This document shows positions 33,781 to 43,282 of a stretch of 64,000 bases of DNA, piece by piece. Source of the DNA: Pseudomonadota bacterium (GTDB lineage Bacteria; Pseudomonadota; Gammaproteobacteria; Steroidobacterales; Steroidobacteraceae); the NCBI GenBank assembly GCA_031398625.1, contig JANNNQ010000447.1, forward strand, positions 11,520 to 75,519. The letters run 5' to 3'. The position numbers and the translations under genes were made by a program. Position 1 is the first letter of the stretch; each line of letters starts with the position of its first letter. The notes under the pieces are model-generated. The model worked only from the letters and a program-made list of their open reading frames with translations. It was not told the origin of the DNA and searched no databases.

Positions 33781-34196
33781 GCGAAGTGAAGCTGACACCC
33801 GCTGAGGATCTGCTGATCGAGGTGCTGATCGCACGTCATCGCTTGGGAGAGCCGTTCTGGACGTTCGACTACTGCCAGCGGCCAGTTCTCAAGCGCCTGG
33901 AGGCGAAGGGACTCGTAACCACCAAGGCCGCCCCGCCGCCTCATATTCAAGCCCGCTTGACCCTCACGGCGGTTCGGGCGTTCATGTCGAACCCGTACAC
34001 GCCACAGGGCGCAAAGGTCGAGTGGGCGGTCCAGGCAGCCGACGACGCCAAGCCGATCCACTACGCGATCCGGTCGCACAGCCCGGCCGTGTCGGAGGAG
34101 TACCACCGCAAATACGCGGCCCGCCATGACGGGGACCTGTACCGGCGGTGCGTGGTGGAGATGCCGTGGCAGCTTGTTCCGGAGGAGAAGTCGTGA
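33777..34196 (+). CDS. hypothetical protein
   Basis: GTGA-coupled, 139 aa. Confidence 0.55.
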   Translation: MSEVKLTPAEDLLIEVLIARHRLGEPFWTFDYCQRPVLKRLEAKGLVTTKAAPPPHIQARLTLTAVRAFMSNPYTPQGAKVEWAVQAADDAKPIHYAIRSHSPAVSEEYHRKYAARHDGDLYRRCVVEMPWQLVPEEKS

Positions 34197-34861
34197 GCAT
34201 TCCTGAGGTCATCATCGAACCGTGGACGTACCGGGTGTCACCGTTCCCAGCGGACTCCGAACCCGGCCGGTTCTGGTCGACGTGGATCAAGGCGACTGGC
34301 GATGGCCGTTGGTACGCGATGGACGGCTACAACTCGATGCCCGAGTCGTTCTTGACGGTTCACGGGGAGTGGACGATGGACCGGGAGGCGTCGATCTGTT
34401 TCGTGGACTTCGAGGAGGCGAAACGGATTGCGACGGAGGCAATCCACGACATCACGGTCAACTGGGATCACGTTCGAGCAGGCAGCCGCGCGGTTCAGCC
34501 GGAAGGAGCGGCTATGAGCCCGCAGCGAGTGAAGGTCGAGGGCGACCTGTTCCACGGCCGAGTTCCGGAGGGCGCGGTGTACGTGGGTCGCGCTGCTCCG
34601 GGGCTGAAGGCAAGCGAGTACGCGAACCCGTACCGGATTGGCCACCGGACGACGGACCCGGCAACCGGATACGAAACCATCCCGCTCAACCGCTCGGATG
34701 TCGTTGCCCTCTATGCGGCCTTGCTGGTTGCGAGAGAGAGGACAGCGCCCCAGTGGGTGGCGGAACTGAGGGCTGCGCTCCAAGGCTGGAACCTGGCCTG
34801 CTGGTGCAAACCGGCCGAGCCGTGCCATGCGGATGTCCTGCTGGACTTCGCCTCATCCTGA
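34193..34861 (+). CDS. protein with C-terminal DUF4326 domain
   Basis: C-terminal half GRVPEGAVYVGR...YANPYRIG...LQGWNLACWCKPAEPCHADVL. Confidence 0.55.
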   Translation: MSIPEVIIEPWTYRVSPFPADSEPGRFWSTWIKATGDGRWYAMDGYNSMPESFLTVHGEWTMDREASICFVDFEEAKRIATEAIHDITVNWDHVRAGSRAVQPEGAAMSPQRVKVEGDLFHGRVPEGAVYVGRAAPGLKASEYANPYRIGHRTTDPATGYETIPLNRSDVVALYAALLVARERTAPQWVAELRAALQGWNLACWCKPAEPCHADVLLDFASS

Positions 34862-34948
34862 GCTGCAGGCGGGCAGGCGGGCGGGCGTGGGGTGTGTCCC
34901 TGCGCCCGCTTTCGCTGCTTGGTGGGGTCGCGACTCGAACAGCAATGA

Positions 34949-34989
34949 CTATGGATCGTAGACGTTACGACTACGGATCGTGCTAATAT
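34949..34989 (+). promoter_or_regulatory. dual operator pair plus promoter, cassette 5
   Basis: CTATGGATCGTAG at 34949 and CTACGGATCGTGC at 34971. -35-like TAGACG and -10-like TAATAT. Nearly identical to cassette 3 over about 40 bp. Confidence 0.6.
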
Positions 34990-35094
34990 TTGATCCAGTC
35001 GTCCAGGTAGAACAGCGAGGCCCCCGGCGTCTTCAGCGCCAGGGGCCTCCACCGATCGGCTCCTGACCACTGCAACCCAGGAGGTACGACCAGC

Positions 35095-35325
35095 ATGGGC
35101 AACAAGCCCGAAACCAGTGTAGGCGAAGGCACTAAACGCACCCTTCGACCACGCCAATTCAGCGACGCCATGACCACTCCGGTGCCGATCCTCACCGACG
35201 ACGACCCGCGACACGGGACCATCAACGGTCGGGTCAACTTCAAATGCAAGTGCCCGCCCTGCTACGCCGCTGGTTGCGCCTATTGGGCTGGCCGCCGGGC
35301 CAAGGGCAAGGGGGATGCGGCATGA
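35095..35325 (+). CDS. small Cys-motif protein (HGT.NG...C.C..C type)
   Basis: PRHGTINGRVNFKCKCPPCYAAGCAYW. Confidence 0.5.
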   Translation: MGNKPETSVGEGTKRTLRPRQFSDAMTTPVPILTDDDPRHGTINGRVNFKCKCPPCYAAGCAYWAGRRAKGKGDAA

Positions 35326-36233
35326 GCGCCCCGAGGAAAGACCGCGACCCCAAGGCGACCGAACGCGAGATGCTCGACCTCCTCGAACGGTCCCTTGCGA
35401 AGCACGGCAACGGCGGCTCCGGGGAGTACGCGTTCATGCGGCAAGTCCGCAACTCGTCAGGCTTCAACGCCAACCGCACCTTCGACGGTGTAGCCGTCGG
35501 ACTCTGGCCATCGCGTGGACACGACATCCACGTCTACGAGGTGAAGGTCTCGCGATCCGACTGGCTGCACGAACTCCGTCAGCCGAAGAAGGCCGACGAT
35601 GCCGCTCGGGTCGCTGACCGGTTCTCCATCGTCGCCCCCCGCGATGTCGTCGACCTCGCCGAAGTCCCAGCCACGTGGGGTCTCATTCACGCCACGGGTG
35701 GCACCGAGATCACTGAGGAAGCCGAGCCGCTATTCCCTGGCGAACTGCCGCGCACAATCTCACGGGTCGAGGGTCGCAAGCTGCGCACCGTCCGCGCTGC
35801 CCCACTGCTGCGTCCTGCCGAGGATTGCCGGGGGCCGATTCCCCGAGAGTTCATGGTGCCTCTACTGCGGGCCGCAGGTGCTGTTCCCGATCCGACGCCA
35901 CCTCATCAGCGGCTGATCGACGAAGCCGTGGCGAAGGCGGTGGCAGCAGAACGGCGGCACCACGAGGAGAAGGGCGACAAGCGGCTTGCCCAAGCCGAAG
36001 CCAGAGACGTCATGTGGTCGGCGTTTACCCGCGCGTCCGGCGTCTTCGTCACCAAGAGCACGGCGGAGGAGCGCGGCCATGCGGTTCGCCTGGCCATGGC
36101 CGCGAACGAGGGACCAGCCTTCGCCCGCAACTACATGCGGCGTGCCTTGCAGGAGCTGGAAAGGACCTGCGAGAACTTGCGGTTCCAGTTGGAGCGCGTT
36201 GATGTCGCTGATGCTGAGGACGGTGCGGCATGA
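35322..36233 (+). CDS. MmcB-like PDDEXK-fold protein
   Basis: YAFMRQVRN...FDGVAVGLWPSRGHDIHVYEVKVSRSDWLHELRQPKK...DRFSIVAP...VPATWGLI. Confidence 0.5.
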   Translation: MSAPRKDRDPKATEREMLDLLERSLAKHGNGGSGEYAFMRQVRNSSGFNANRTFDGVAVGLWPSRGHDIHVYEVKVSRSDWLHELRQPKKADDAARVADRFSIVAPRDVVDLAEVPATWGLIHATGGTEITEEAEPLFPGELPRTISRVEGRKLRTVRAAPLLRPAEDCRGPIPREFMVPLLRAAGAVPDPTPPHQRLIDEAVAKAVAAERRHHEEKGDKRLAQAEARDVMWSAFTRASGVFVTKSTAEERGHAVRLAMAANEGPAFARNYMRRALQELERTCENLRFQLERVDVADAEDGAA

Positions 36234-36619
36234 CCGCGCTCCATGCAGTCGAAAGCCTCGGCCTCGTCTCCGATGTGGTGGGTCTGCGCACCCAACTCAG
36301 GGGAATGCTGAGCGACCTCGAGAACGCATCGCCGCTACCCGGACCTACCCGCTACGCCACCGATCACCTCCCTGGTGCTTACTGGGAGACCGGAGTCTCC
36401 ATCGTCAACTGGTCCGCGTCGAAGCCCCTCACGGTCATAGCCCTGGCCGAGGACGTGGGCATGATTGATGCCCCGATCTACCTCACCGATCCGGCTTTCC
36501 CTAGAGACATCCTGTGCCTGACGGCAGAACAGGCGAGGACCGTTGCCCGATCCCTGCTCGCCGCTGCCGACATGGCCGGCAGTCCGCTGATCGCCCGTAG
36601 GTGCGGGGGCATCCGATGA
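36230..36619 (+). CDS. hypothetical protein
   Basis: ATGA-coupled, 129 aa. Confidence 0.55.
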   Translation: MTALHAVESLGLVSDVVGLRTQLRGMLSDLENASPLPGPTRYATDHLPGAYWETGVSIVNWSASKPLTVIALAEDVGMIDAPIYLTDPAFPRDILCLTAEQARTVARSLLAAADMAGSPLIARRCGGIR

Positions 36620-36665
36620 CCGACTCCCTGTTCGACATGGAAACTACGCCCCGGAGGGCCGTCTG

Positions 36666-37406
36666 ATGGCAGACACGGAAATCGGCTGGACCGAGAAGGT
36701 CTGGAACCCAACCACTGGCTGCGATCGCGTATCGCCAGGGTGCGACAACTGCTATGCCCTGACTATGGCCAAGCGCCTGAAGGGGATGGGGTCAGCCAAG
36801 TATCAGACCAATGGCGACCCTCGGACCTCTGGCCCTGGCTTCGGTCTCGCTCTACACCCGGACGCCCTCGACCTCCCGAAGTCGTGGCGCAAGGGTCGCA
36901 AGATATTCGTGAACTCGATGAGCGACCTGTTTCACGCCCGCGTCCCGCTTTCGTTCCAGCAGGACGTGTTTCAGGTGATGGCGGAGACGCCACAGCACAC
37001 CTACCAGGTGCTGACCAAGCGGTCGCTCCTCCTCCGGCGCCGGGCCGAACATCTGGTTTGGCCGTCGAACGTGTGGATGGGCGTCTCGGTCGAAACTGAG
37101 GAGTATCTCGGGCGCATCGACCACCTCCGCGATGTCCCGGCTGCCGTCCGGTTCGTCTCCGCCGAGCCGCTACTTGGTGGCTTACCCGGCCTGAACCTCG
37201 ACGGCATCCATTGGGTCATCACCGGTGGCGAGTCCGGTCCTGGTGCCCGACCCGTTGAGCAGAACTGGGTTCGGGGAATCCGGGACGCCTGCATCTCCTC
37301 CGAGGTGGCGTTCTTCCACAAACAATGGGGAGGCGTCAGGCCGAAAGCCAACGGGCGGACGCTCGACGGGCGGACATGGGATGAGTACCCGGGCGATCGC
37401 CGATGA
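36666..37406 (+). CDS. DUF5131 (phage Gp37/Gp68) family protein
   Basis: N-terminus TEIGWTEKVWNPTTGCDRVSPGCDNCYALTMAKRL is the family signature. Confidence 0.7.
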   Translation: MADTEIGWTEKVWNPTTGCDRVSPGCDNCYALTMAKRLKGMGSAKYQTNGDPRTSGPGFGLALHPDALDLPKSWRKGRKIFVNSMSDLFHARVPLSFQQDVFQVMAETPQHTYQVLTKRSLLLRRRAEHLVWPSNVWMGVSVETEEYLGRIDHLRDVPAAVRFVSAEPLLGGLPGLNLDGIHWVITGGESGPGARPVEQNWVRGIRDACISSEVAFFHKQWGGVRPKANGRTLDGRTWDEYPGDRR

Positions 37407-38059
37407 CCACCGCCATCCTCGAGCCGCCCTTGTCCCGTTCCGGCCCCAGCTTCCTCGCATCGGACCGAACCAGGGTTGCCCTCACCCACGGCCCCCTGCT
37501 GCTCCGGACCCGGGGTATGGGCCGCTGGCACCGCCCCCGCTCCGGATCGTCGTGGACGTCGGGTTACGACGGCGAGGAAATCACCTCCTACTACCTCTGG
37601 TGCGGGCAGCAGGTTGGCAGCGGCAACAAGACCACGACCGGAGAGAAGGGATTTATCACCGCGGCTTCCCTTCCCGACGACGGCGTCCCGATCTGCGGGA
37701 CCTGCGAAGGCCGCGCCATCGGTGCCGGATATCAGGGGATCGCCGCGACCGTGCATTCGCCGGCCGGGCTCCTGTTCCAACCTGAACGGCTTGTCCCGCC
37801 GAAGGTGTGCCCCGGGACCGCGCTGCGGCTCTACGACGTCCTGGCGGGCAACCGGGCCGCGCTGTGCCTTGCGTGCGGGAACACAGAGCCGCTGCGTGGG
37901 TACTCCAACGCGGGCGGGGGATGGGAGAACTTGCAGAGGCATCCACCGGGGCCCCGGCTCGTCCCGCCGTGTGGATTTCATGGCTGGAGAGGGATGGCCC
38001 GGATCGGGGACGCGGTGCGGTGCGAATGCACGGCCGGACCGTCCGAACCCGAGTCCTGA
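37403..38059 (+). CDS. hypothetical Cys-rich protein coupled to DUF5131
   Basis: ATGA-coupled, 218 aa, with four CxxC-like pairs (PICGTCEG, LCLACG, PPCGFHGW, RCEC). Confidence 0.5.
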   Translation: MTTAILEPPLSRSGPSFLASDRTRVALTHGPLLLRTRGMGRWHRPRSGSSWTSGYDGEEITSYYLWCGQQVGSGNKTTTGEKGFITAASLPDDGVPICGTCEGRAIGAGYQGIAATVHSPAGLLFQPERLVPPKVCPGTALRLYDVLAGNRAALCLACGNTEPLRGYSNAGGGWENLQRHPPGPRLVPPCGFHGWRGMARIGDAVRCECTAGPSEPES

Positions 38060-38073
38060 TCTGCCCGTGGCGT

Positions 38074-38114
38074 CTACGATCCATCAACCTGATGACCACG
38101 AGTCGTAGTAGTCT
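38074..38114. promoter_or_regulatory. dual operator pair, cassette 6
   Basis: CTACGATCCATCA at 38074 and CCACGAGTCGTAG at 38096. TAGTCT is -10-like. Confidence 0.5.
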
Positions 38115-38320
38115 CGAACATGACGCACCCCCGAACTTCGATCGGGGGTGCGGACGAAAAGCGAAGAGGCCAGCTCGGCAAAAGCTGACCTCTTCATTCA
38201 CCACCCCAGAACACCGGAAGGGGGTGGGTCCGTCGTGGCCCATTCTGTCATAAGCACTACCCCTCGTGGCCAATCCGAGAGCGCAGCACTAGAAAATCCC
38301 CAGGTTCAGGTGGCGACCCG

Positions 38321-38803
38321 ATGACCATCAGCGCCCCGGGCCACCTCTCCGCCGACGCCAAACCGAACGCCGTCTATCGGTACTTCGACCACCTCGGGCG
38401 GCTAGTTTTCGTCGGCATTGCCATTCGGCACGGGCGACACCACGGCCAGGTCGATCCGCAGCGTCCCGAATGGCTTCAGTACGCCGAGCGATATGACATC
38501 GAGGTGTGTCGGGATAGGGATGCCGCCTTCCGCTGCAAACGCGAAATGGTCGAGGAATTCCGCCCTCCCTTCAACAAGGTCTACAACGCGAACTGGCAGG
38601 AGATCCGATCTGCCTACCTGTCGCTGCGTGCCGCTGAGGATCTCCTGGCGTCCATACAGGCAGGCGGCCCCGAGCCCGCGCCTAGCGAAGACGCCGCCCC
38701 ACAATGTCGCAGCTCGCCGAGGATCGCCGCGCCTGAGACGGCATCGACGCCCGAGTCTTTCGAGTCGATGCTGGCCAACCTGTTCAAGGGTGGTCGGAGC
38801 TGA
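38321..38803 (+). CDS. GIY-YIG-like domain protein
   Basis: VYRYFDHLGRLVFVGIA...EMVEEFRPPFNKVYN. Confidence 0.45.
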   Translation: MTISAPGHLSADAKPNAVYRYFDHLGRLVFVGIAIRHGRHHGQVDPQRPEWLQYAERYDIEVCRDRDAAFRCKREMVEEFRPPFNKVYNANWQEIRSAYLSLRAAEDLLASIQAGGPEPAPSEDAAPQCRSSPRIAAPETASTPESFESMLANLFKGGRS

Positions 38804-38846
38804 TGGGCCACCTCGTGGCCGACCTCGCTGTGGGGGTGCAGTGCCA

Positions 38847-39842
38847 ATGAGCATGGACCCAATCCTGTGGGCCATGAAGGACGCACCGATTGCGGACGCT
38901 GAGGAGTGGGCAATCCTTGTCTGCCTCGCAGAGCGCGCCGACGAAGACGGGTGCTCATCCTTCCCATCGCAGGCCACGATCGCCAAGCGGATCAAGATGG
39001 CCGACCGCACGGTCCGCCGCCGCCTGGAGGCAATGGAATCCCGGGGTCTCATCAGTCGCGGCGACCAGTCCGCAGCGGCCTACCTCAAGGACAAGGCCCC
39101 GGTCGTCTGGGACCTTCTGATCCCTCTCTCGTGGTTCCCGAACCTGGATCGGATTCAGGAGTTCAGGGAACGCAAGGGGCGCGGACCGCTGTCGGTGGCG
39201 GATCGGCCCGACATCAGCGCCTCCCCGGACAAGCTGCGTCGTGTCGACTTTGGGGTACCTCGCCCCCCGGACTGGGGGACCGGGCGGACTTCAAGTCCGG
39301 GGGGACTCTCTGACCGGGCGGACTCTGGGACCAAAGCGACCGGACTTGAAGTCCAAAGCGACCGGACTACAAGTCCGACAACCCTCAAAGAACTAACCCT
39401 CCCCATTAACCCTCCTCTAGTCGGAGCCGAGACGGCACCGACGACAGAGGTTAAGCCGAAGCGGAAGCGTCGGACGGAAGCCGAACTGAACACCGACCGT
39501 CCCGAGCTTGGTCGGCTCTGCGATCACCTCGCAGAGCGCGTTGAGGGACATGGCTTCACTCGGCCCGTTGTGTCTCAGGACTGGCTCACCACCGCCCGCC
39601 GGATGCTCGACATCGACGGGTATACCGAGGATCAGATCCACCGAGCCATCGAGTGGTGTCAGGACAGCGACTTCTGGTACCCGAATGTCCGCTCGATGGA
39701 CAAGCTCCGCGAGCAGTACGAGACCTTGCGAGATCGCGCCATGTCCGAGCAGCGCAAGAAGGCGAAGGCCAAACCGCGCCCGGCCGACGGCAACCAAGAC
39801 CACTGGAACAACCCCAATGCCAGCTTCGGCCTACCCGCCTAA
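38847..39842 (+). CDS. replication initiator/organiser-like wHTH protein
   Basis: The N-terminus EEWAILVCLAERADEDGCSSFPSQATIAKRIKMADRTVRRRLEAMESRGLI is an HTH_36-type wHTH. It lies directly upstream of the loader and helicase genes. Confidence 0.5.
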   Translation: MSMDPILWAMKDAPIADAEEWAILVCLAERADEDGCSSFPSQATIAKRIKMADRTVRRRLEAMESRGLISRGDQSAAAYLKDKAPVVWDLLIPLSWFPNLDRIQEFRERKGRGPLSVADRPDISASPDKLRRVDFGVPRPPDWGTGRTSSPGGLSDRADSGTKATGLEVQSDRTTSPTTLKELTLPINPPLVGAETAPTTEVKPKRKRRTEAELNTDRPELGRLCDHLAERVEGHGFTRPVVSQDWLTTARRMLDIDGYTEDQIHRAIEWCQDSDFWYPNVRSMDKLREQYETLRDRAMSEQRKKAKAKPRPADGNQDHWNNPNASFGLPA

Positions 39843-39855
39843 CCGAAGGATCACC

Positions 39856-40518
39856 ATGACCACGCGCGACCAGTTCGAAGCACGTCTCCTCGCCAGCCTC
39901 GATGACATCGTCGCCGGTTACGAGGACGCCTACCGCAGCGATAACCCCAATGGACTCTGGGAGTCGTGGGCGGAGTCGGAGAAGTACCGGCTGCGATCCT
40001 GCATCCAGCGCTGGGTGGGCTACGTCCCGCCCGTGTTCCGTTCGGCAGACCTCGCCAAGCTCGGGCCCGAGCAGCACGGGGATGCCCTCCGCGGCTACCT
40101 GACGGGGACCACCCGAAACCTGATGCTTGCCGGGCCGATCGGCACCGGGAAGTCGTTCGCCGCTTGGGCTGTCGCCAATGAGGCTGCGGCCCGAGGCTGG
40201 CGCCCCCGGGCGTGGTCGACGCCTCGCCTGCTTCTGGACATGCGCCCCGAGGGCGACCCGCAGGCGTTCACCAACGCCTGCCTCGCGGACCTGCTGATCC
40301 TCGACGACCTCGGGGCCGCCCGACCGACAGATTGGGCGACGGAGCAGATCTACTCGATCGCGGAGGAGCGCTGCAACCAGCAACTGCGCACAATTGTCAC
40401 CACCAACTCGACGTTCGATCAGCTCACCGCCATCTGGGGTGCGCCGACGATGGACCGTCTTCGGCACGCCGGCACGAGTCTCGTCTTCAAGGGCGATTCC
40501 CGCCGGGGCCCGGTATGA
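39856..40518 (+). CDS. DnaC/IstB-like helicase loader ATPase
   Basis: Walker A LMLAGPIGTGKSF, Walker B LLILDDLG. Confidence 0.7.
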   Translation: MTTRDQFEARLLASLDDIVAGYEDAYRSDNPNGLWESWAESEKYRLRSCIQRWVGYVPPVFRSADLAKLGPEQHGDALRGYLTGTTRNLMLAGPIGTGKSFAAWAVANEAAARGWRPRAWSTPRLLLDMRPEGDPQAFTNACLADLLILDDLGAARPTDWATEQIYSIAEERCNQQLRTIVTTNSTFDQLTAIWGAPTMDRLRHAGTSLVFKGDSRRGPV

Positions 40519-43154
40519 GCGCCGCACTGGAGGCCGTCCCGGACGATGGTGGACGTCACGCGCCGCCGAACGACGTCGAGGCCGAGCGGTGCGTACTGGG
40601 GTCGCTGATGCTGTCCGCATCCGTGCTCGACGACGTCGCCCCGCTGATCTCGGGCAGGGACTTCTACCGCCCAGCCCACGAGACCATTTGGGAGGCGATC
40701 ACCGGGCTTGCCAGCGAAGGGAACCCCTTCGACGCCGTAGCTGTGGCCGACCGACTCGACGCCAACGGTGACCTGTTGCGTATCGGTGGACCGGTGTACG
40801 TCCACACTCTCCTCAGCAGTGTCCCAACGGCTGCCAGTGGCGGCTACTACGCCCGGATCGTCGCCGACAAGGCCGTCCGCCGCCGGGTCATCGACGCGGG
40901 AACCCGGATTGCCAGACTCGGCTACACCAGCACGGGCGACGAGGCCCTGAACCTCATGGAGGCCGAGGTGCTGGCCGCGAACGATCGCACCTCCACCGAG
41001 GACTACCGGGCGATCGGAATGCTGCTTGACGAGACCTTCGACGAGATCGAAGCCGCCGGGAAGCGCGAGCAGGGCGTGACCGGGGTGCCCACCGGGTTCA
41101 TCGACCTCGACAAGCTCACCAGCGGCCTCCACGCGGGTCAGTTGATCCTCGTGGCGGGTAGGCCAGCGATGGGCAAGAGCTGCCTCGGAATGGACCTTTG
41201 CAGGTCGGCGTCCATCCACCATGGCCTGACGTCGGTGATGTTCAGTCTCGAGATGGGCCGATCCGACATCACGACGCGGCTCCTGTCGGCCGAGGCGAAG
41301 GTGCAGCTTCAGAACATCCGCAAGGGCAACGTCGACGAAATCGAGTGGGCGGCTCTGGCTCGCGCCCGGACCAGACTCGACGACGCCCCGTTCTTCATCG
41401 ACGACAGCCCGAACCTGACCCTCGCGGACATTCGCAGCAAGGTTCGCCGGCTGAAGCAGAAGAACGACCTGAGGCTGGTTGTCATCGACTACCTCCAGCT
41501 AATGACCAGCGGGAAGAAGGTCGAGTCGCGCCAGCAGGAGGTGAGCGAATTCTCCCGGGCGCTGAAGCTTTTGGCGAAGGAAGTGGAGGTGCCGATCGTT
41601 GCGCTGTCTCAGCTGAACCGAGGGCCGGAGCAGCGGCAAGATAAGACACCGCAAGCATCGGACCTGAGGGAATCGGGATGCCTGACGCGGGAGACGACCT
41701 TGCTCAGAGCGGATACGGGCGCCCCAGTTAGCTTCGGGGAGCTCATGGACAAGGGGTGGGAAGGCGTCTCCGTCTGGTCACTGGACGACGACCGGAAGAT
41801 TGTCGCTGCACCCATAACCAACGTCTTCCCCTCTGGGGTCAAGCAGACGTTCAAAATGCTGATGGCCTCTGGCCGAACAGTGACCGCCACCGACACCCAC
41901 AAATTCAGGACGCTCCACGGTTGGACGGCGCTGGGTGATCTCGTCCCCGGATCGCGGCTTGCCATTCCCCGCGCAATCCCGGCGCCGATGACCGGTGGAC
42001 TGGGGTGGTCAACCTACAGGCTCGGACTGTTGGCCCATCTCCTGGGAGATGGCTGCGTACTGACGAAGCAGCCAGTCCACTACACCAGCGAGGACGAGGA
42101 GAACATTCGGTTCGTCACCGAGGCAGCGGCCGAGTTCGGCATTACTCCCCGTCGCGTGGCCCAAGGGAACTGGTGGCATGTCTATCTCCCCGCTCCAGCC
42201 GCCGGTCGCAATCCGATCAGCAACTGGTTCCGAGAGATGGGCATTGGCAACCTCCGCAGCCACGAGAAGCACCTGCCAGCAGAGCTGTTCGGAATGACGA
42301 ACGCTGAAGTGTGCACCTTTCTTCGCCACCTGTGGGCGACTGACGGCAGAGTGGCCGAGCCCTCGAGCATGGCCAGTGGCATCGCAATCATTTCCTACGC
42401 CACAACCAGTCGACGCCTCGCGGACGACGTGGCGCTCCTCCTGGCCCGCCTCGGAATCGTGGCGAGGATCAAGGTGGTCCCGGAGGAGCGCGGGAGGGTT
42501 GGCTACCGAGTCACTATCGCTGACGCCGGTTCGATGCGGATCTTCTGCGAATCCATTGGAGTGCATGGCGCCAGAGGGGTCAGGGCCGACCGTCTTCTCT
42601 CCGAGCTGGTGGGCAAGAGGCTCAACCCGAACAAGGGCGCCATCCCACGTGAGATGTGGGACGAGATCAGGTCGCTCCGGGCCGAGGCCGGCATGACGGA
42701 GCGCGCGTTCCAGAGTCGGCTCGAAACCAGTTACTGCGGGACCACGCTCTACAAGACGGGGCTGTCGCGTGAGCGGATGGGGAGAGCGGCAGAAATCCTC
42801 AACTCGGATGACCTCCGGGGCTTCGCCAGCGATGACGTGTTCTGGGACGAGGTTGTTTCGATCATCCCTGCGGCTGTCGTCCCGGTCTTCGACGCGACAG
42901 TCAAGGGCACGCACAGCTTCATCGCGGACGGGATCGTCGCGCACAACAGCCTCGAGCAGGACGCCGATCTGATCATCTTGCTGCACCGTCCAGACGTGTA
43001 CGAGAAGGAGTCTCCTCGGGCGGGTGAGGCGGACCTCATCGTTGCCAAGCACCGCAACGGGCCGACGGAAACGCTCAAGATGGTCTTCCAAGGCCACTAC
43101 TCGCGTTTCGCCGACATGGCCGACGACTGGACCCCTCCGGAGCGTGCCTCGTGA
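40515..43154 (+). CDS. dnaB: replicative DNA helicase DnaB, interrupted by an intein
   Basis: PPNDVEAERCVLGSLML, GRPAMGKS, VVIDYLQL and ALSQLNRGPEQRQDK. The exteins join as DLRESG / SLEQDADLIILLHR. Confidence 0.9.
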   Translation: MSAALEAVPDDGGRHAPPNDVEAERCVLGSLMLSASVLDDVAPLISGRDFYRPAHETIWEAITGLASEGNPFDAVAVADRLDANGDLLRIGGPVYVHTLLSSVPTAASGGYYARIVADKAVRRRVIDAGTRIARLGYTSTGDEALNLMEAEVLAANDRTSTEDYRAIGMLLDETFDEIEAAGKREQGVTGVPTGFIDLDKLTSGLHAGQLILVAGRPAMGKSCLGMDLCRSASIHHGLTSVMFSLEMGRSDITTRLLSAEAKVQLQNIRKGNVDEIEWAALARARTRLDDAPFFIDDSPNLTLADIRSKVRRLKQKNDLRLVVIDYLQLMTSGKKVESRQQEVSEFSRALKLLAKEVEVPIVALSQLNRGPEQRQDKTPQASDLRESGCLTRETTLLRADTGAPVSFGELMDKGWEGVSVWSLDDDRKIVAAPITNVFPSGVKQTFKMLMASGRTVTATDTHKFRTLHGWTALGDLVPGSRLAIPRAIPAPMTGGLGWSTYRLGLLAHLLGDGCVLTKQPVHYTSEDEENIRFVTEAAAEFGITPRRVAQGNWWHVYLPAPAAGRNPISNWFREMGIGNLRSHEKHLPAELFGMTNAEVCTFLRHLWATDGRVAEPSSMASGIAIISYATTSRRLADDVALLLARLGIVARIKVVPEERGRVGYRVTIADAGSMRIFCESIGVHGARGVRADRLLSELVGKRLNPNKGAIPREMWDEIRSLRAEAGMTERAFQSRLETSYCGTTLYKTGLSRERMGRAAEILNSDDLRGFASDDVFWDEVVSIIPAAVVPVFDATVKGTHSFIADGIVAHNSLEQDADLIILLHRPDVYEKESPRAGEADLIVAKHRNGPTETLKMVFQGHYSRFADMADDWTPPERAS
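41679..42947 (+). mobile_element. DnaB intein (423 aa) with LAGLIDADG homing endonuclease
   Basis: Starts CLTRET, ends VAHN followed by Ser+1. LAGLIDADG blocks LLAHLLGDGCV and FLRHLWATDGRV. Inserted at the conserved RESG/S(I/L)EQDAD site. Confidence 0.85.
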
Positions 43155-43282
43155 CCCGCGAAGCCCTGGCCGCGGAACTGGCCCTACCTCTCACCAATGA
43201 CGACGGCTGGGGTGACGACCACGTCCTCGTTCGCCGGAAGACGTTGGCCGCGTACCTGGAACTGGCGGAGGCCGAGTCGTGA
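43151..43282 (+). CDS. 43-aa hypothetical protein
   Basis: GTGA-coupled at both ends. Confidence 0.4.
   Translation: MTREALAAELALPLTNDDGWGDDHVLVRRKTLAAYLELAEAES

Noticed and set aside
36616-36666. A 16-codon mini-ORF bridging 36230-36619 and the DUF5131 gene with ATGA and TGATG overlaps.
   Set aside because: It is too short to support as a gene. It may only serve translational coupling.
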